Source: Octopus vulgaris (taxonomy: Eukaryota). Taken from it: a stretch of DNA of 64,000 nt. A program made the translations under genes and the position numbers. The first letter of the stretch is position 1; the number at the start of each line of letters is the position of its first letter. The notes under the pieces were generated by a model, which was given only the letters and a program-made list of their open reading frames with translations, made no database searches and was not told the origin of the DNA. The DNA lies in contig OX597824.1 of assembly GCA_951406725.2 (NCBI GenBank), forward strand, positions 81,096,001 to 81,160,000, given 5' to 3'. This document shows, piece by piece, positions 24,058 to 39,490 of this stretch.

Positions 24058-25541
24058 TTCACTTTTTGTAGAATCATAGCAATGAAATTTAACTCAATAA
24101 ATTCATTTACCTTCTAAAAATAATCTGTCCCGCTTTATTACGCTGATTTCATATCTACAAATATGTAAATATATACATGTGCCTATTGAAATACTGATAC
24201 GTGCTGCATACAAATGGAGTGCAATTTTGAAATCAGCATAAAAAATGAGTCTAAAAAAGTTGGTTGGCATTCATAATGAGTATAATATATTTAATTTTGT
24301 TGACCAGTGTAATTATATTAGAGATAAAAACCGCACTAAATTTTCCTGGAATAAAAATAAACGAAGTAGTGTTTATAATCCAGTTTTTTGCTTAAACGTC
24401 CGTGCACAGAGTTTCCGGTAAAACAAAGATAACGTGATTCTTGTAATGGAAATCGGATTAATAATAAAAGCATTTTATTTAGAGAGAACATAATTCTTTA
24501 AAGAAAAATAGGATTAAAGTAAGTTATTCTTGTTCATAGAATAATTAACCCCTTTCTTTCAAGAAACATGTTGAACAACAATAATACAATTTTTTCTGCA
24601 AGGAATAATGTACACATTTTCGAAATGATAACGGAATAAATCAATGCTCTGAGACATTAGGTTTCTGCATAGATGCTACAAAGTTCTCTCTTAACAATTG
24701 TGTCCGAAAAAAGCTGAGTGAATGAAGAAAACATGTTGTATAATTCAAAGCCTTTATCCAATACATGTTCTTTCCTGAGCGCCCTTTGTTTTTACAGGCA
24801 CGCAATTGTGAACATAAATATCAATTTAAAACATCCTCAAGCATAAAAATATTCATACATATATATCTGTATACATATACATACACGCATACACACACAC
24901 ACATATATCTCAAAAGGGTGTGTTATAATACTATTCCACATATACAAAAACAGCCATACAAGCAATCCAACATACCTCCATCATCTGCAGCCTCACGGTT
25001 ATCATTATGGTTTCGACACCTTGGCAGTACCATTCAATCCGTGTCAACGGCACTAAGATAAGTGTTGTTTGGAAACAAACATACGAATGGATCCACAACT
25101 TTCAAACACATTTACCCTATGTACAACAGTATCAGTAAATAAATTCTACACGTAAATCCACAAACAACTCTTAAATATGTAACTAAACAGCGACCAAACC
25201 TTTAAGTCATACAAAAAAATCCCTACAGTCTTCTACTGTATAATATATAAGCGAAAGCTTAATAACTACATACATTCAATCTAAATATAAGTAGGATTAA
25301 ACATTAACTTTAAAATCAAACTACAACAAAGAAACACGTAAATCTAAGTACATCTGTATCGGTATTAAGAGTAAACCTACAATAACTAAATTATATATCG
25401 ATCTTTAAGTCCATACAGATAATAATCCGACCAGTCTTCCATAGTTACTACTATAATAAAAAGGTGAAAGCTTTATATTCAATTCTCTCCAAAACAAAAC
25501 ACGATTGGATTGAATTTAACGAATAATATAACAATTATGGC

Positions 25542-26032
25542 GATTATATCGACCCCAGTGAGTAACTAGTACTTAATTTATCGACCCCGAAAGGATGAAA
25601 GGCGGCAAAGTCGACTTCGGCAGAATTTGAACTCAGAACGGAAAGACAGACAAAATACGTAAAGAAGGGACAAACAAGGACAGACACACGGATTAAGTCG
25701 ATTACATCCATCCCAGTGCGTAACTGGTACTTATTTAATTGACCCCGAAAGGATGAAAGGCAAAGTCGACCTCGGCGGAATTTGAACTCAGACAAAATAT
25801 CTATTTCTTTACTACCCACAAGGGCCTAAGCACAGAGAAGGCAAACAAGGACAGACAAACGGATTAAGTCGATTATATCGACCCCAGTGCGTAACTGATA
25901 CTTATTTAATCGACCCCGAAAGGATGAAAGGCAAAGTCGACCTCGGCGAAATTTGAACTCAGAACGGAAAGACAGACGAAATACCGCTAAGCATTTCGCC
26001 CGGCGTGTTAACGCTTCTGTCAGCTCGCCGCC
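25542..26032 (-). mobile_element. SINE family D: one full copy plus two tandem partial copies
   Basis: The gaccccgaaaggatgaaaggc..aaagtcgac..tttgaactcaga block occurs three times (~25583, 25741, 25912). Confidence 0.88.
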
Positions 26033-26368
26033 TTAGAATAAAGCTATCATTATAGCGTTATTCTAAGTTTTCACAAATTATGCTTTGGACTGAAGGATTG
26101 GTTTGGTTAGACTGAGCATATGTGTAGTATGCTTGCTGTGATAAAGAAGTTTTTCACAAGTCCATGTCCCACCAAAAATAAAAAATAAAATATCTGCCCC
26201 CCCCACCATAATTTTCCTGGGCCCCACTGGTAGGTCGTATAGCCCTACATTGGGAATTTCTGATCTAGACCAATAGTTTTCAAGAGAGCTCCATATGTCA
26301 CTTAAGGGAGCATAAAATATTTTTTTTGTTAATATTTATCCGTAATAGATTATTTATAATTCTACAAT

Positions 26369-26673
26369 AAAACGATAAACGTCGCCCTTTTCAAGCCTAG
26401 CCAGGCTCATGGGCCCGGTTTCCCGATTTCTGTGGCGTATATGTTCCCCCTCAGCTGGACGGGACCCTAGTCCATCCCAGCGGTGCTCTAGAAACAGGAA
26501 GAGAGAGGGAGAGAAAGTTGTGGCGAAAGAGTACAACAGGCTCGCCACCACCCCCTGCCGGAGCCTCGTGGAGCTTTTTCAGGTGTTTTCGCTCAACGCC
26601 CGATCTAGGAATCGAAACCGCTATCCTCCGACCGCGAGTCTGCTTCCCTAACCACTGAGCCATTGCGCCTCCA
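26369..26673 (-). mobile_element. SINE, A-type head and body with B-type tail
   Basis: 13-bp TSD ataattctacaat at 26356-26368 and 26674-26686; tail gcctagccaggctcatgggcccg is shared with 9375-9629. Confidence 0.88.
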
Positions 26674-26824
26674 ATAATTCTACAATGCAATATATTTTAA
26701 CAATTTTTTAATACAATTCCGCATAATATTTAATTATAAATATCGCACCCTTTCTCGGCCTAACATATTTATCTATGTCGTGGGGTTAAAGCTGTATGGA
26801 TGAATGACGTTGTGTACCAATACC

Positions 26825-27056
26825 TATTTCTTTATTACCCACAAGGGGCTAAACACAGAGGGGACAAACAAGGACAGACATAGGTATTAAGTCGATTACA
26901 TCGACCCCAGTGCGTAACTGGTACTTACTTTAATCGACCCCGAAAGGATGAAAGGCAAAGTCGACCTCGGCGGAATTTGAACTCACAACGTAATGCAGAC
27001 GAAATACCGCTAAGCATTTCGCCCGGCGTGCTAACGTTTCTGTCAGCTCACCGCCT
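26825..27056 (-). mobile_element. SINE family D, full length
   Basis: Near-identical to 21751-21981. Confidence 0.9.
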
Positions 27057-27670
27057 ATACCGAAGTATAGTCTGATATTTCAAAGATCGAATGGTTAGGA
27101 TGTCCCATTCGAATAAAGTAAGAACCAAAGGGGTTCCGCAAAAACTGGTTGAGAAACACTAAACTAGACCTTTACAGGGGGTGCGTGCCCCAGCTTGACA
27201 ACAGTCCCCGTAATCAAAATCAGTCATAGGAATTATCAAAATCTGTTTCTGCAGATAACAACAATTAGGCGGAAACATGATAGCAACAATGGCTATTTTC
27301 CATGTCCCTCCTACTCTGCAATTCTTTCGTTGACGTCATCGTCACGTGTTGATTAATCTAACTTAACTTCCAGTGCTTTTTTTTCTTCTCTAACTGATCC
27401 CCCCTCTCATTTATATGTATCTGTTTTTGCTCTCTACGTCTAAGCAACCCCTTTTTCTGCACCCAACTCCACTTGTTACCAGACACGGTCGCTTTCAATG
27501 ATTCATTCAAACCTCTTCATCTACCTTCATACCACCATCTTTCTCGTTCTCTCCCTCGTGGTGAATATATATATGCCAAGACGAAGAATTATATCTCTAT
27601 CTATCATTCTCATCTTCTCTCCATTCGAGTCCGTCGCCATCTTCCTGTCTCTGTCACATTTTCATTACCA

Positions 27671-27754
<84 letters not shown>

Positions 27755-27989
27755 CATCCATCCATCCATCCATCCATCCATGTATGTATGTATGTATGTA
27801 TGTATGTATGTATGTATGTATGTATTTATCTATCTATCTATCTACCTATCGGTCTGTCTGTCTGTTTGTCCTTCCAAGACCACTCTCATATATAATTATG
27901 TAAATGCGCGTGTGTGTGTATACATTCATGTATGCAATTATATAGATACACACACACGTATATATGCGCACATAATAAATACACTCACT

Positions 27990-28021
<32 letters not shown>

Positions 28022-28123
28022 TAGAGAAAGGATGTGTGTGTGAGAGAGAAGGAGTGAAAGAAAGAGTGAGAGATGATCATGATCATGATGACGACGATGA
28101 AGACGATGATTATGCTGCTGCTA

Positions 28124-28173
<50 letters not shown>

Positions 28174-28451
28174 AGAGATATATCTAAAGACACGAAAGAT
28201 ACCAACTAGTCGCTTTACACATAAGTGAATGATAGTGTTGAGGTTTCTGTTAGTCATTTAGTATCCATCTTCTCTCTCGATGTGTGTGTATGTGTGTATA
28301 TATATGTTATGCATGTTCATAAGTATGTAATCATATATATATGTAAATGTGTACACACACATATACTTATATGTATATACACATATATACTTATTCCAAA
28401 GCAAAAAAACTCTCGGCCCTTGAGTCACTCTGTTACTTCTGCTAAATATTG

Positions 28452-28872
28452 AGGCGCAGGAGTGGCTGTGTGGTAAGTAGCTTGCTAACCAACCACATGG
28501 TTCCGGGTTCAGTCCCACTGCGTGGCACCTTGAGCAAGTGTCTTCTACTGTAGCCTCGGGCCTACCAAAGCCTTGTGAGTGGATTTGGTAGACGGAAACT
28601 GAAAGAAGCCTGTCGTATATATGTATATATATGTATATATGTATGTATGTGTGCGTATATGTTTGTGTGTCTGTGTTTGTTCCTCTAGCATTGCTTGACA
28701 ACCGGTGCTGGTGTGTTTACGTCTCCGTCACTTAGCTTTTCGGCAAAAGAGACCGATAGAATAAGTACTGGGCTTACAAAGAATAAGTCCCGGGGTCGAT
28801 TTGCTCGACCAAAGGCGGTGCTGCAGCATGGCCGCAGTCAAATGGCTGAAACAAGTAAAAGAGAGTAAAGAG
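28452..28872 (+). mobile_element. SINE family E, full length
   Basis: Homologous to 8490-8890; internal TA/TG tract. Confidence 0.9.
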
Positions 28873-29003
28873 TATATGCTCATATCTTGAGTTTTATTTC
28901 TCCTGTTTGCACCATCATACCTGTATATTGATTGATTGATTGATTCTAGTTTCAGCTTATGAGCTGTGGCCATGCTGGGGCACCGCCATTTATATATATA
29001 TAT

Positions 29004-29035
<32 letters not shown>

Positions 29036-29048
29036 GTTTTTTTTCATA

Positions 29049-29208
29049 GTGAACGTACCCGCCGCCTCGGACACTCGGCGAATAGCACCCTCGGAGCAAC
29101 CGTGCAGACTGAAACGACCGGGAGGTGGACGCGCTACCACAAAGCGAAGGGCAACGCCCGCCCCGTGGCCCCCGCGCGCAGCACCGACCCACAGGCGTGA
29201 AACTGGAC

Positions 29209-29210
<2 letters not shown>
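29049..29210. other. Isolated GC-rich ~160-bp insert within (TA)n
   Basis: Strongly GC- and CpG-rich, single copy in the window, TA repeats on both sides, short A tract at the minus-strand 3' end; origin not recognised. Confidence 0.6.
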
Positions 29211-29252
<42 letters not shown>

Positions 29253-29442
29253 CTTACATACATATTGAATATGTGTGTGCGTGTGTGTGTATGTATGTAT
29301 GTATTATGTATGTCGTATGTAAAAAATCGTAAATCAGAAAGAAGAACACTCTAAGATGTAGAGTTGTATATATTAAAAATGGGGAAGGCGGGTTTATAGG
29401 ATCACCTTAGGTTTCCTGTCTATAAAATCCTTATGGAATATC

Positions 29443-29488
29443 GTCTGTGAACAGGTCGCGGTTTCAAAGCGACGAAAATATTTTTGAC
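29443..29488 (+). ncRNA. Possible hammerhead-like motif with G3-C8 core
   Basis: gucu-GUGAACA-g-gucgc(gguuucaaa)gcgac-GAAA-auau-uuu-ugac; good stem II, palindromic aauauu stem III, weak stem I. Confidence 0.3.
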
Positions 29489-29637
29489 ACAAATCAAATT
29501 TAAATGTTGAAGTGAATCTAACGGATTTTGTGTGCTTTTTTAAATAGCTTATGAAAAACCCTCCACGCTGCTATTGTTTTTGTTTCAACACACAATCTCA
29601 GATCAAATCACTTGCTATGCAAGCACATCTCTGTAAG

Positions 29638-29828
29638 AATCGTTAGCTACAACACGCATTTTTTCTCTCCTTCTTTCTCTCCTTGTTTTTTCTGTGTATC
29701 TTTCTGTCGAAGAGCGTAGGCTCGAAACGTAAAAGACTTGTTCTATTCCTGAGCGCTATACTAATACATTTGTTTGTTTGTACTCCACCTGCCTTCGTCT
29801 TTTGTTTATTTTCGTAAAATTTCCCTTT
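29638..29828 (+). mobile_element. PLE pseudo-LTR-like element (HHR family 2)
   Basis: Closely similar to the reverse complement of 12702-12900; ends in TA repeats. Confidence 0.8.
29699..29736 (+). ncRNA. Minimal type I hammerhead-like motif, variant core CUGUCGA
   Basis: ucuuu-CUGUCGA-a-gagc(guag)gcuc-GAAA-cg-UA-aaaga. Confidence 0.6.
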
Positions 29829-29943
29829 ATATATATGTATATACAATCATATATATGTATGTGTAGGTTTTAATGTTTTTTTGTTTACCTTTTCAAACCC
29901 AAGAAATAAAAATGATTCAAATGCTTGTAACAGAAAGAGAAAG

Positions 29944-30026
<83 letters not shown>

Positions 30027-30278
30027 AACATCTAAAGATACGAAAGATACCAAATTGTCGCTTTGAACCCAGAAATCTTTAAGACAACTCCCTAAGCATG
30101 CCATGCGCAAAATTTGAACTTAGAATGCGAAGCGTTCGAAGAAATGCCACAAGGTATTGTATCTGAGGTACTCGGCCGTTGTTATTCTAGTTTCCATGGC
30201 GTTTAAGCGAATGAAATTCTTTCAATCCCCCGCAATTATTATTATTGGAAAATATCACTTATGCAATAAAAGCAATAG

Positions 30279-30590
30279 TGAAGGCACGTGGCTTAGTGGT
30301 TTCGGTTTTCGGCTCACGATCATTTAGGGTGTGAGTTCACTTCTCGGCGACGGATTGTATTCTTGACACAAAATTCCTGCAAGATACTTCCAGGTTGCTC
30401 AAATCCTCTCAGTTGGCAAAAATGAATCATACTTGTATCTGAAAAAGAACCAGGCTTTTCACATTCTGTGTCGCGCTGAATCTCTCAGAAGACAACGTTA
30501 TGGGTGCGTGTGCTTGTGGAGTGCTCAACCACATGCATGCTAATTTCAGGAGCAGGCTGTTCCGTTGATCGGATCAACTGGAACTCTCGT
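30279..30590 (+). mobile_element. Old SINE: tRNA head, CORE-like domain, family A tail
   Basis: Head gaaggcacgtggcttagtgg; CORE-like ctctcagttggcaaaaatgaat; tail gagcaggctgttccgttgatcggatcaactggaac as in family A. Confidence 0.75.
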
Positions 30591-30937
30591 ACTAAATGTG
30601 ATATCGCTTCTGTACTCGTGACTTTAGTTCGTAATTTTGAAGAGTACACACAAGATTCTTCATAGTGCTTTCGAGATTGGTGAGAGGAAGGGAATATGTG
30701 CCTCTATCCATCTCTGTCCTCTCGTCTGTCTGTCTTCCTCTCACTCTCTCTCTTTCTCTCTCTCTTTCTAAACACACACACACACATAGTATGATTTTGT
30801 GGATAGGTATGTGTGTGCATGTGTGTGTGTGTGTGTGTGTGTATGTGTGTGTTCGCCTTTCCCCCACGTTTCATTTGCTTGTATGATCTTCCAATCTGAA
30901 CTGATCTTTCTTTCTTTCCATCTTTCTTTCTTTCTTC

Positions 30938-31000
<63 letters not shown>

Positions 31001-31064
31001 TATGTCTTTCTTTCTCCTTCCATTTCTCTATCTGTCTGTCTACATGCCTGCCTCTCCCCACACA

Positions 31065-31098
<34 letters not shown>

Positions 31099-31099
31099 A

Positions 31100-31183
<84 letters not shown>

Positions 31184-31194
31184 AATCTATCCTA

Positions 31195-31294
31195 CATTTT
31201 TCCTTGTTTTCCTTTTTCTTTTTCCATCTTCGAAAAAGCTCTACATTTGTATTTGTCCCCACTGTGTTCAGCCCTGTGTGGCCAATAAAGGAAG
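31195..31294 (+). mobile_element. 3' tail of Tx1/L1-like LINE in (TATC)n
   Basis: aaaaagctctac..ttgtccc..cagccctgtgtggccaataaagga followed by tatctatct. Confidence 0.75.
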
Positions 31295-31459
31295 TTATCT
31301 ATCTATTCTATCTCTCTCTCTCCCTCTCTCTCTATCTATTCTATCTATCTGCCTACCACCCTCTCTGTCTGTCTGTCTGTCCATATTTTCCTCTCTCAGT
31401 AACTTTGTCCACTATATTTATTCAACCTTCGTCTCTTTTCCATCTCAACGATTTCCAGA

Positions 31460-31830
31460 ACCACGACAATGACGACAACGACGACGACGACGACGACCAC
31501 CACCACCACCACCACCACCACCACTGTCACCACTGTCACCATAACCACAACCACAACTAGCACTTAAACCACTACAACCATTATGTTACCAGAACCACTC
31601 TACCTCCTGTACCACCAGCACCACCAGCACCAGCACCACCACCAGCACCACTACCACCATCACCACAAATACCACCACTACCTTCTAATCACCACCACCA
31701 TAACTACTACTAGGACCACTAACCTCACCTCTAACCACCCCTCCCACAAACTCCCCATCAGCACGCTGCAACCACCACCGCCACCACTACAATCACCACC
31801 AAAACTACCACCACTACCACCTCTACCTCC

Positions 31831-31862
<32 letters not shown>

Positions 31863-32157
31863 CAACAACAATACCACCACTGCCCCCACCCCGCAAGTAG
31901 TAAGAACAGTAAGAATAATAGCATCAACAACAAGGCAACCATACATCCATCACCATAGCAACACAGTTCTTATTGGTTCTAATTTTGGTCTACGCAACTC
32001 CAGTACAAATCCTTAATTCTGGTTGGTTTGCTGCCACCACCCACTACCACCACCACCACTACTACTCATGCCACCACCACCACCACCACCGCTACTACTA
32101 CTACTACTACAAATACCACCACCACCACCACCACTACCACTACTACTACTACTACTA

Positions 32158-32199
<42 letters not shown>

Positions 32200-33265
32200 A
32201 TACTACCACCATTACCACCACCACCACCACTACTACTTCTACTAATACCACCACCAACAACAACATCAACACTACTGCTACTACTACCACGACCACCATC
32301 ACCAACACGACCACTACTACTACTACTACTAATATTACCACGATCACTACTACTACTACTATACTACTGCTACTACTACTACTATCACTACCACCACCAC
32401 CACCACCACTATCGCCACCACCATCCACCACCACCACCACCACCAACTACTACTACTTTTTCTGTCTTTGTTCTTAAGTTTATGGCTCTTTTTAATTGCT
32501 GCAATTGAAGTCACCATTGCCGCCATTGTTGTTGCTACTGTTGATATTGTTGTTGTTGCTGTTGCTATCGCGTTCTGATTGTCATCGTTAGTTTTGTTGT
32601 AGCCCTTGTTGTTCTGTTGCTAATTTTGTCATTGCTCTTTATTATCATTGCTTGCTAAAGTTAATAAAACACGTATATTATTAAAGTTTTTTGTTGTTGT
32701 TGGAAATGTTGTTGTGAACGCAGTTGTGAATTTTGCTGTTACTTGTTATTGTTACTGCTGTTGCTATTTCTGTTGCATATCTTATGATTGTTGTCGTCAT
32801 TTACGTTGTTGTTGCTTCAGTTGATGTTGCTATCGTCGCTGCTTTCTGTGTTTTCACCGATGATGCTATGACAGTTGCGAACGTAGCCGCTACTGTAACA
32901 ATTGCTAGGGGTATGGTTGTCGTTAATGTTGCCGTTGCTATTTTACTGCTAACGTTTTTCATATTGTCGTTGTTACTACTGTTGCTATCACTGATGTTGC
33001 CGTTGCTATTTTGTTGCTAAAGTTCTTGATACTGCTGCTGTTGCTACTATTGTTGCTAACGTTGTTATTGATGATGCAAACATTGCTATCGTTGCTAATG
33101 CCTCAAATATTGTTGTTGCCGTCGACGTCATCGTCCTTGTTTTTGTTGCTATTGTTGCTACGAATATTGCTGTTGTTTTTATTCCAGCAAGCAGTCACTA
33201 ACCATGCGCTTGTTGTTGTTGTTGTTGTTGTTGTTGTTACTGCTGTTGCTGTTGCTGCTGCTGCT
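31460..33265. repeat. Degenerate trinucleotide field (CAC/CTA, then GTT/GCT)
   Basis: Directly visible low-complexity triplets. Confidence 0.85.
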
Positions 33266-33747
33266 TACTGCACTGATCGCTACGTTTCTGTCACAGATTT
33301 CGTATCACGTGCTCAGTAACCAATCAATAACTAGTTTAAAAGCAGCTGACTGGATCGCAATAGACTCTGTAGCCTGACTTCACTACAGCCTCAGGTATTT
33401 TGGCAACGTTCAACGTTTGTATTCATCAATTGACTCAGAAATGACAACGGCGTGGGGAATATTGCATGCTTGTGTGTGCGTATATGCATATGTTAATAGG
33501 CGGATCAGGTAGATTGTGCTTGAATGTCTGTGTGGGAGTGTGTACAGAAGGTGTAAGTTATGTGTGTTTATGTTTGCGGAAGAGTGTGTGTGTGTGTTAG
33601 AGATATTTCCATGCGATAGGTATAATTATGTGTGTGTGTGAGTATGTAAGGGGATATGTGTGTGCACATGCAGGTAAAGAGAGAGGGAGAGAAGCGGGAA
33701 GAGAGTATAATAGGCAAATGTGTGTGTGAGCCTGAGTGAGAGCGTTC

Positions 33748-33920
<173 letters not shown>

Positions 33921-33954
33921 TCTGTCTGTCTATCTATCTATTTATCTATCTATA

Positions 33955-34044
<90 letters not shown>

Positions 34045-34240
34045 CACACGCACATATATACATACAAACACATGTATGAAACAATTCAATCGTTTCCCTG
34101 TCTATCTCTTTCTCTTTCATTCTCCCCTCTCCTCTCTTTCGCTTTCTCTCTTTCTATAAATAAATACATACTCATATATGCATGCATATATATACATACC
34201 CACATACATACACACACAAACATATATATATATACATATA

Positions 34241-34402
34241 TATTTCTTTACTACCCACAAGGGGCTAAACACAGAGGGGACAAACAAGGACAGACAAAGG
34301 GATTTAGTCGGTTACATCGACTCCAGTGCGTAACTGGTACTTAATTTATCGACCCCGAAAGGATGAAAGGCAAAGTCGACCTCGACGAAATACGGCTTCG
34401 CA
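34241..34402 (-). mobile_element. SINE family D, internally deleted and truncated
   Basis: Tail and central domain present; jumps from gacctcg to gacgaaatacggct. Confidence 0.85.
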
Positions 34403-34886
34403 TTATGTGTGTGTGTGTGTCTATGTGTGTGTATATGTGTGTACATATATATGCACACACACACACACATATATGTAAATAAACGTAGTTGTATGTATGT
34501 AGGTATGTATGTTTGCATGTATGCGTGTTGTCTATTTTTTTAAGCGTCTCAGCCATGCGGTTGCGGTCACACACATACCAACTGCGTGCATATCAATTTA
34601 CATGAAGACATACACACGCATACATACCACGAACGGGCACGCACTCTTATTTATACATATGTACGTAAGTCAGATAAATTTAAAGTAAAGTTCTTTAACA
34701 ATCCTCTTTAACTCCACATTTTAAAGCAAACTTAAATAAACCAATGCATTCTCTTCATACAGAAGAGAATAACACAGTATACTTTAGAACCGTTTAAAGT
34801 TTCATAGAGAACGTTTTAAAATAGAAATGGAGTTTAACTACTTTCAGTTTATCATAAGCTTCCAGTACAGACTCTGCTCTACACGC

Positions 34887-34947
<61 letters not shown>

Positions 34948-34990
34948 ACACACACACACACATACATACATACATATATATTTAAATATA

Positions 34991-37680
<2,690 letters not shown>

Positions 37681-37694
37681 ATGTAATAGAAATA

Positions 37695-37942
37695 AATGCT
37701 CCTTCCCAAGCCATGTCAGGCTCATAAGAGCCGGTTTCCCCGTTTCAGTGGCGTAGAAATTCCCCACCTGGACGAGACGGATTACTCGCAGGATTACTCA
37801 TTTTTGCCAGCTGAGTGGACTGGAGCAACGTGAAAGGGAAGTGTTTTGCCCAAGAACACAACGCATCACCCGGTCCAGGAATCGAAACCAGAACTTAACG
37901 ATCATGAATTCAACACCCTAACCATTAAGCCACGCGCCTCCA
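37695..37942 (-). mobile_element. SINE family B
   Basis: Homologous to 9375-9629. Confidence 0.85.
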
Positions 37943-38050
37943 CATACATATAATACATTATATATATATATGTAATTTATTACATATAATATGTATGTAC
38001 GTATGCACCCACACATACACCCCCCTCCTCGCACACATATAAATATATAA

Positions 38051-38814
38051 TATATATGGAAGTATTTTTGCTCCTGAGCACCTGAGAAGTGTTATATTTA
38101 ACTGAGGGGGAATAATAAAACCAAAACATATGAATGCTTATTTATCAACGTGTTACTTCGATCCTATTCACTTTCACTTTCCATTCCCTCCTTTATTCAC
38201 ATTTAAATTCCAACTTTAATTACTTATAATATCGAATTTGTGGAGGCGCAATGGCCCAGTGGTTAGGGCAGCGGACTCGCGGTCGTAGGATCGCGGTTTC
38301 GATTCCCAGACCGGGCGTTGTGAGTGTTCATTGAGCGAAAACACCTAAAAGCTCCACGAGGCTCCGGCAGGGATGGTGGTGATCCCTGCTGTACTCTTTC
38401 ACCACAACTTTCTCTCACTCTTACTTCCTGTTTCTGTTGTACCTGTATTTCCAGGGCCGGCCTTGTCACTCTCTGTGTCACGCTGAATATCCCCGAGAAC
38501 TACGTTAAGGGAACACGTGTCTGTGGAGTGCTCAGCCACTTACACGTTAATTTCACGAGCAGGCTGTTCCGTTGATCGGATCAACCGGAACCCTCGTCGT
38601 CGTAACCGACGGAGTGCTTCCATTTATATACGGAAGTATTTTTGCTCCTGAGCACCTGAGAAGTGTTATATTTAACTGAGGGGGAATAATAAAACCAAAA
38701 CATATGAATGCTTATTTATCAACGTGTTACTTCGATCCTATTCACTTTCACTTTCCATTCCCTCCTTTATTCACATTTAAATTCCAAGTTTAATTACTTA
38801 TAATATCGAATTTG
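38051..38814. repeat. 190-bp direct repeats (38051-38240 and 38625-38814) flanking a SINE
   Basis: The two copies differ at about 2 positions and abut the SINE ends exactly. Confidence 0.92.
38241..38624 (+). mobile_element. SINE family A, full length
   Basis: Near-identical to 2220-2604. Confidence 0.92.
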
Positions 38815-39249
38815 CCTCCATTCCCCTGTTTGACAAGAATTCCTCATTATTGGAATAATTTTTTCCCTTTTCACTTACGGCCTATTTTTGCACAATCACC
38901 ATTTCTAGACTGATTATATTTAGCAGTTTATCACCCAGCTTACAGTTTGGACTATGGCCGCCGGTGATTTCATAATTAGTTGCAAGGGTAATATGTTCAT
39001 TTTGGTCCCTAGTGTCATCGATCACTGCTAACTTTGAGATCAATATCTAATAATTTCTCCTTTGATTACGTGATAAAAAGTTAATAAAGATACAGATTCC
39101 ATCATGTCCATCACTGGATCTTTTAGCAATGACTTTGTTCTACGCACAAGTGATGTTCTTCTTTATGTATACTCATATGGCATTCTTGTATGAATATCTT
39201 TCTATATTTATCTGCGTATGTGTAAATGTATACTCTTTACTTTCTTTTA

Positions 39250-39439
39250 TTCTTTACTCTTTTACTTGTTTCAGTCATTTGACTGCGTCCATGCTGGAGT
39301 ACCGCCTTTTGTCGAGCAAATAGACCCCAGGACTTATTCTTTGCAAGCCTAGTACTTATACTATCGTATTTTTGACGATCCGCTAAGTTACGGGGACGCA
39401 AACGCACCAGCATCGGTTGTTAAGCGATGTTGGGGGACG

Positions 39440-39490
<51 letters not shown>

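Larger units (their letters stand above)
22146..24309 (+). mobile_element. Chapaev3-type (CMC) DNA transposon, decayed and internally deleted
   Basis: TIRs caatggtcaacaa (22146-22158) and ttgttgaccagtg (24297-24309) match at 12/13; TAA flanks both ends (3-bp TSD); transposase remnant inside. The superfamily call rests on recalled motifs. Confidence 0.75.

Noticed and set aside
27120-27205. hAT-like terminal fragments (ggttgagaaacact), with similar traces near 19770 and 26225
   Set aside because: Could not pair the termini or find an 8-bp TSD, so not called as features.
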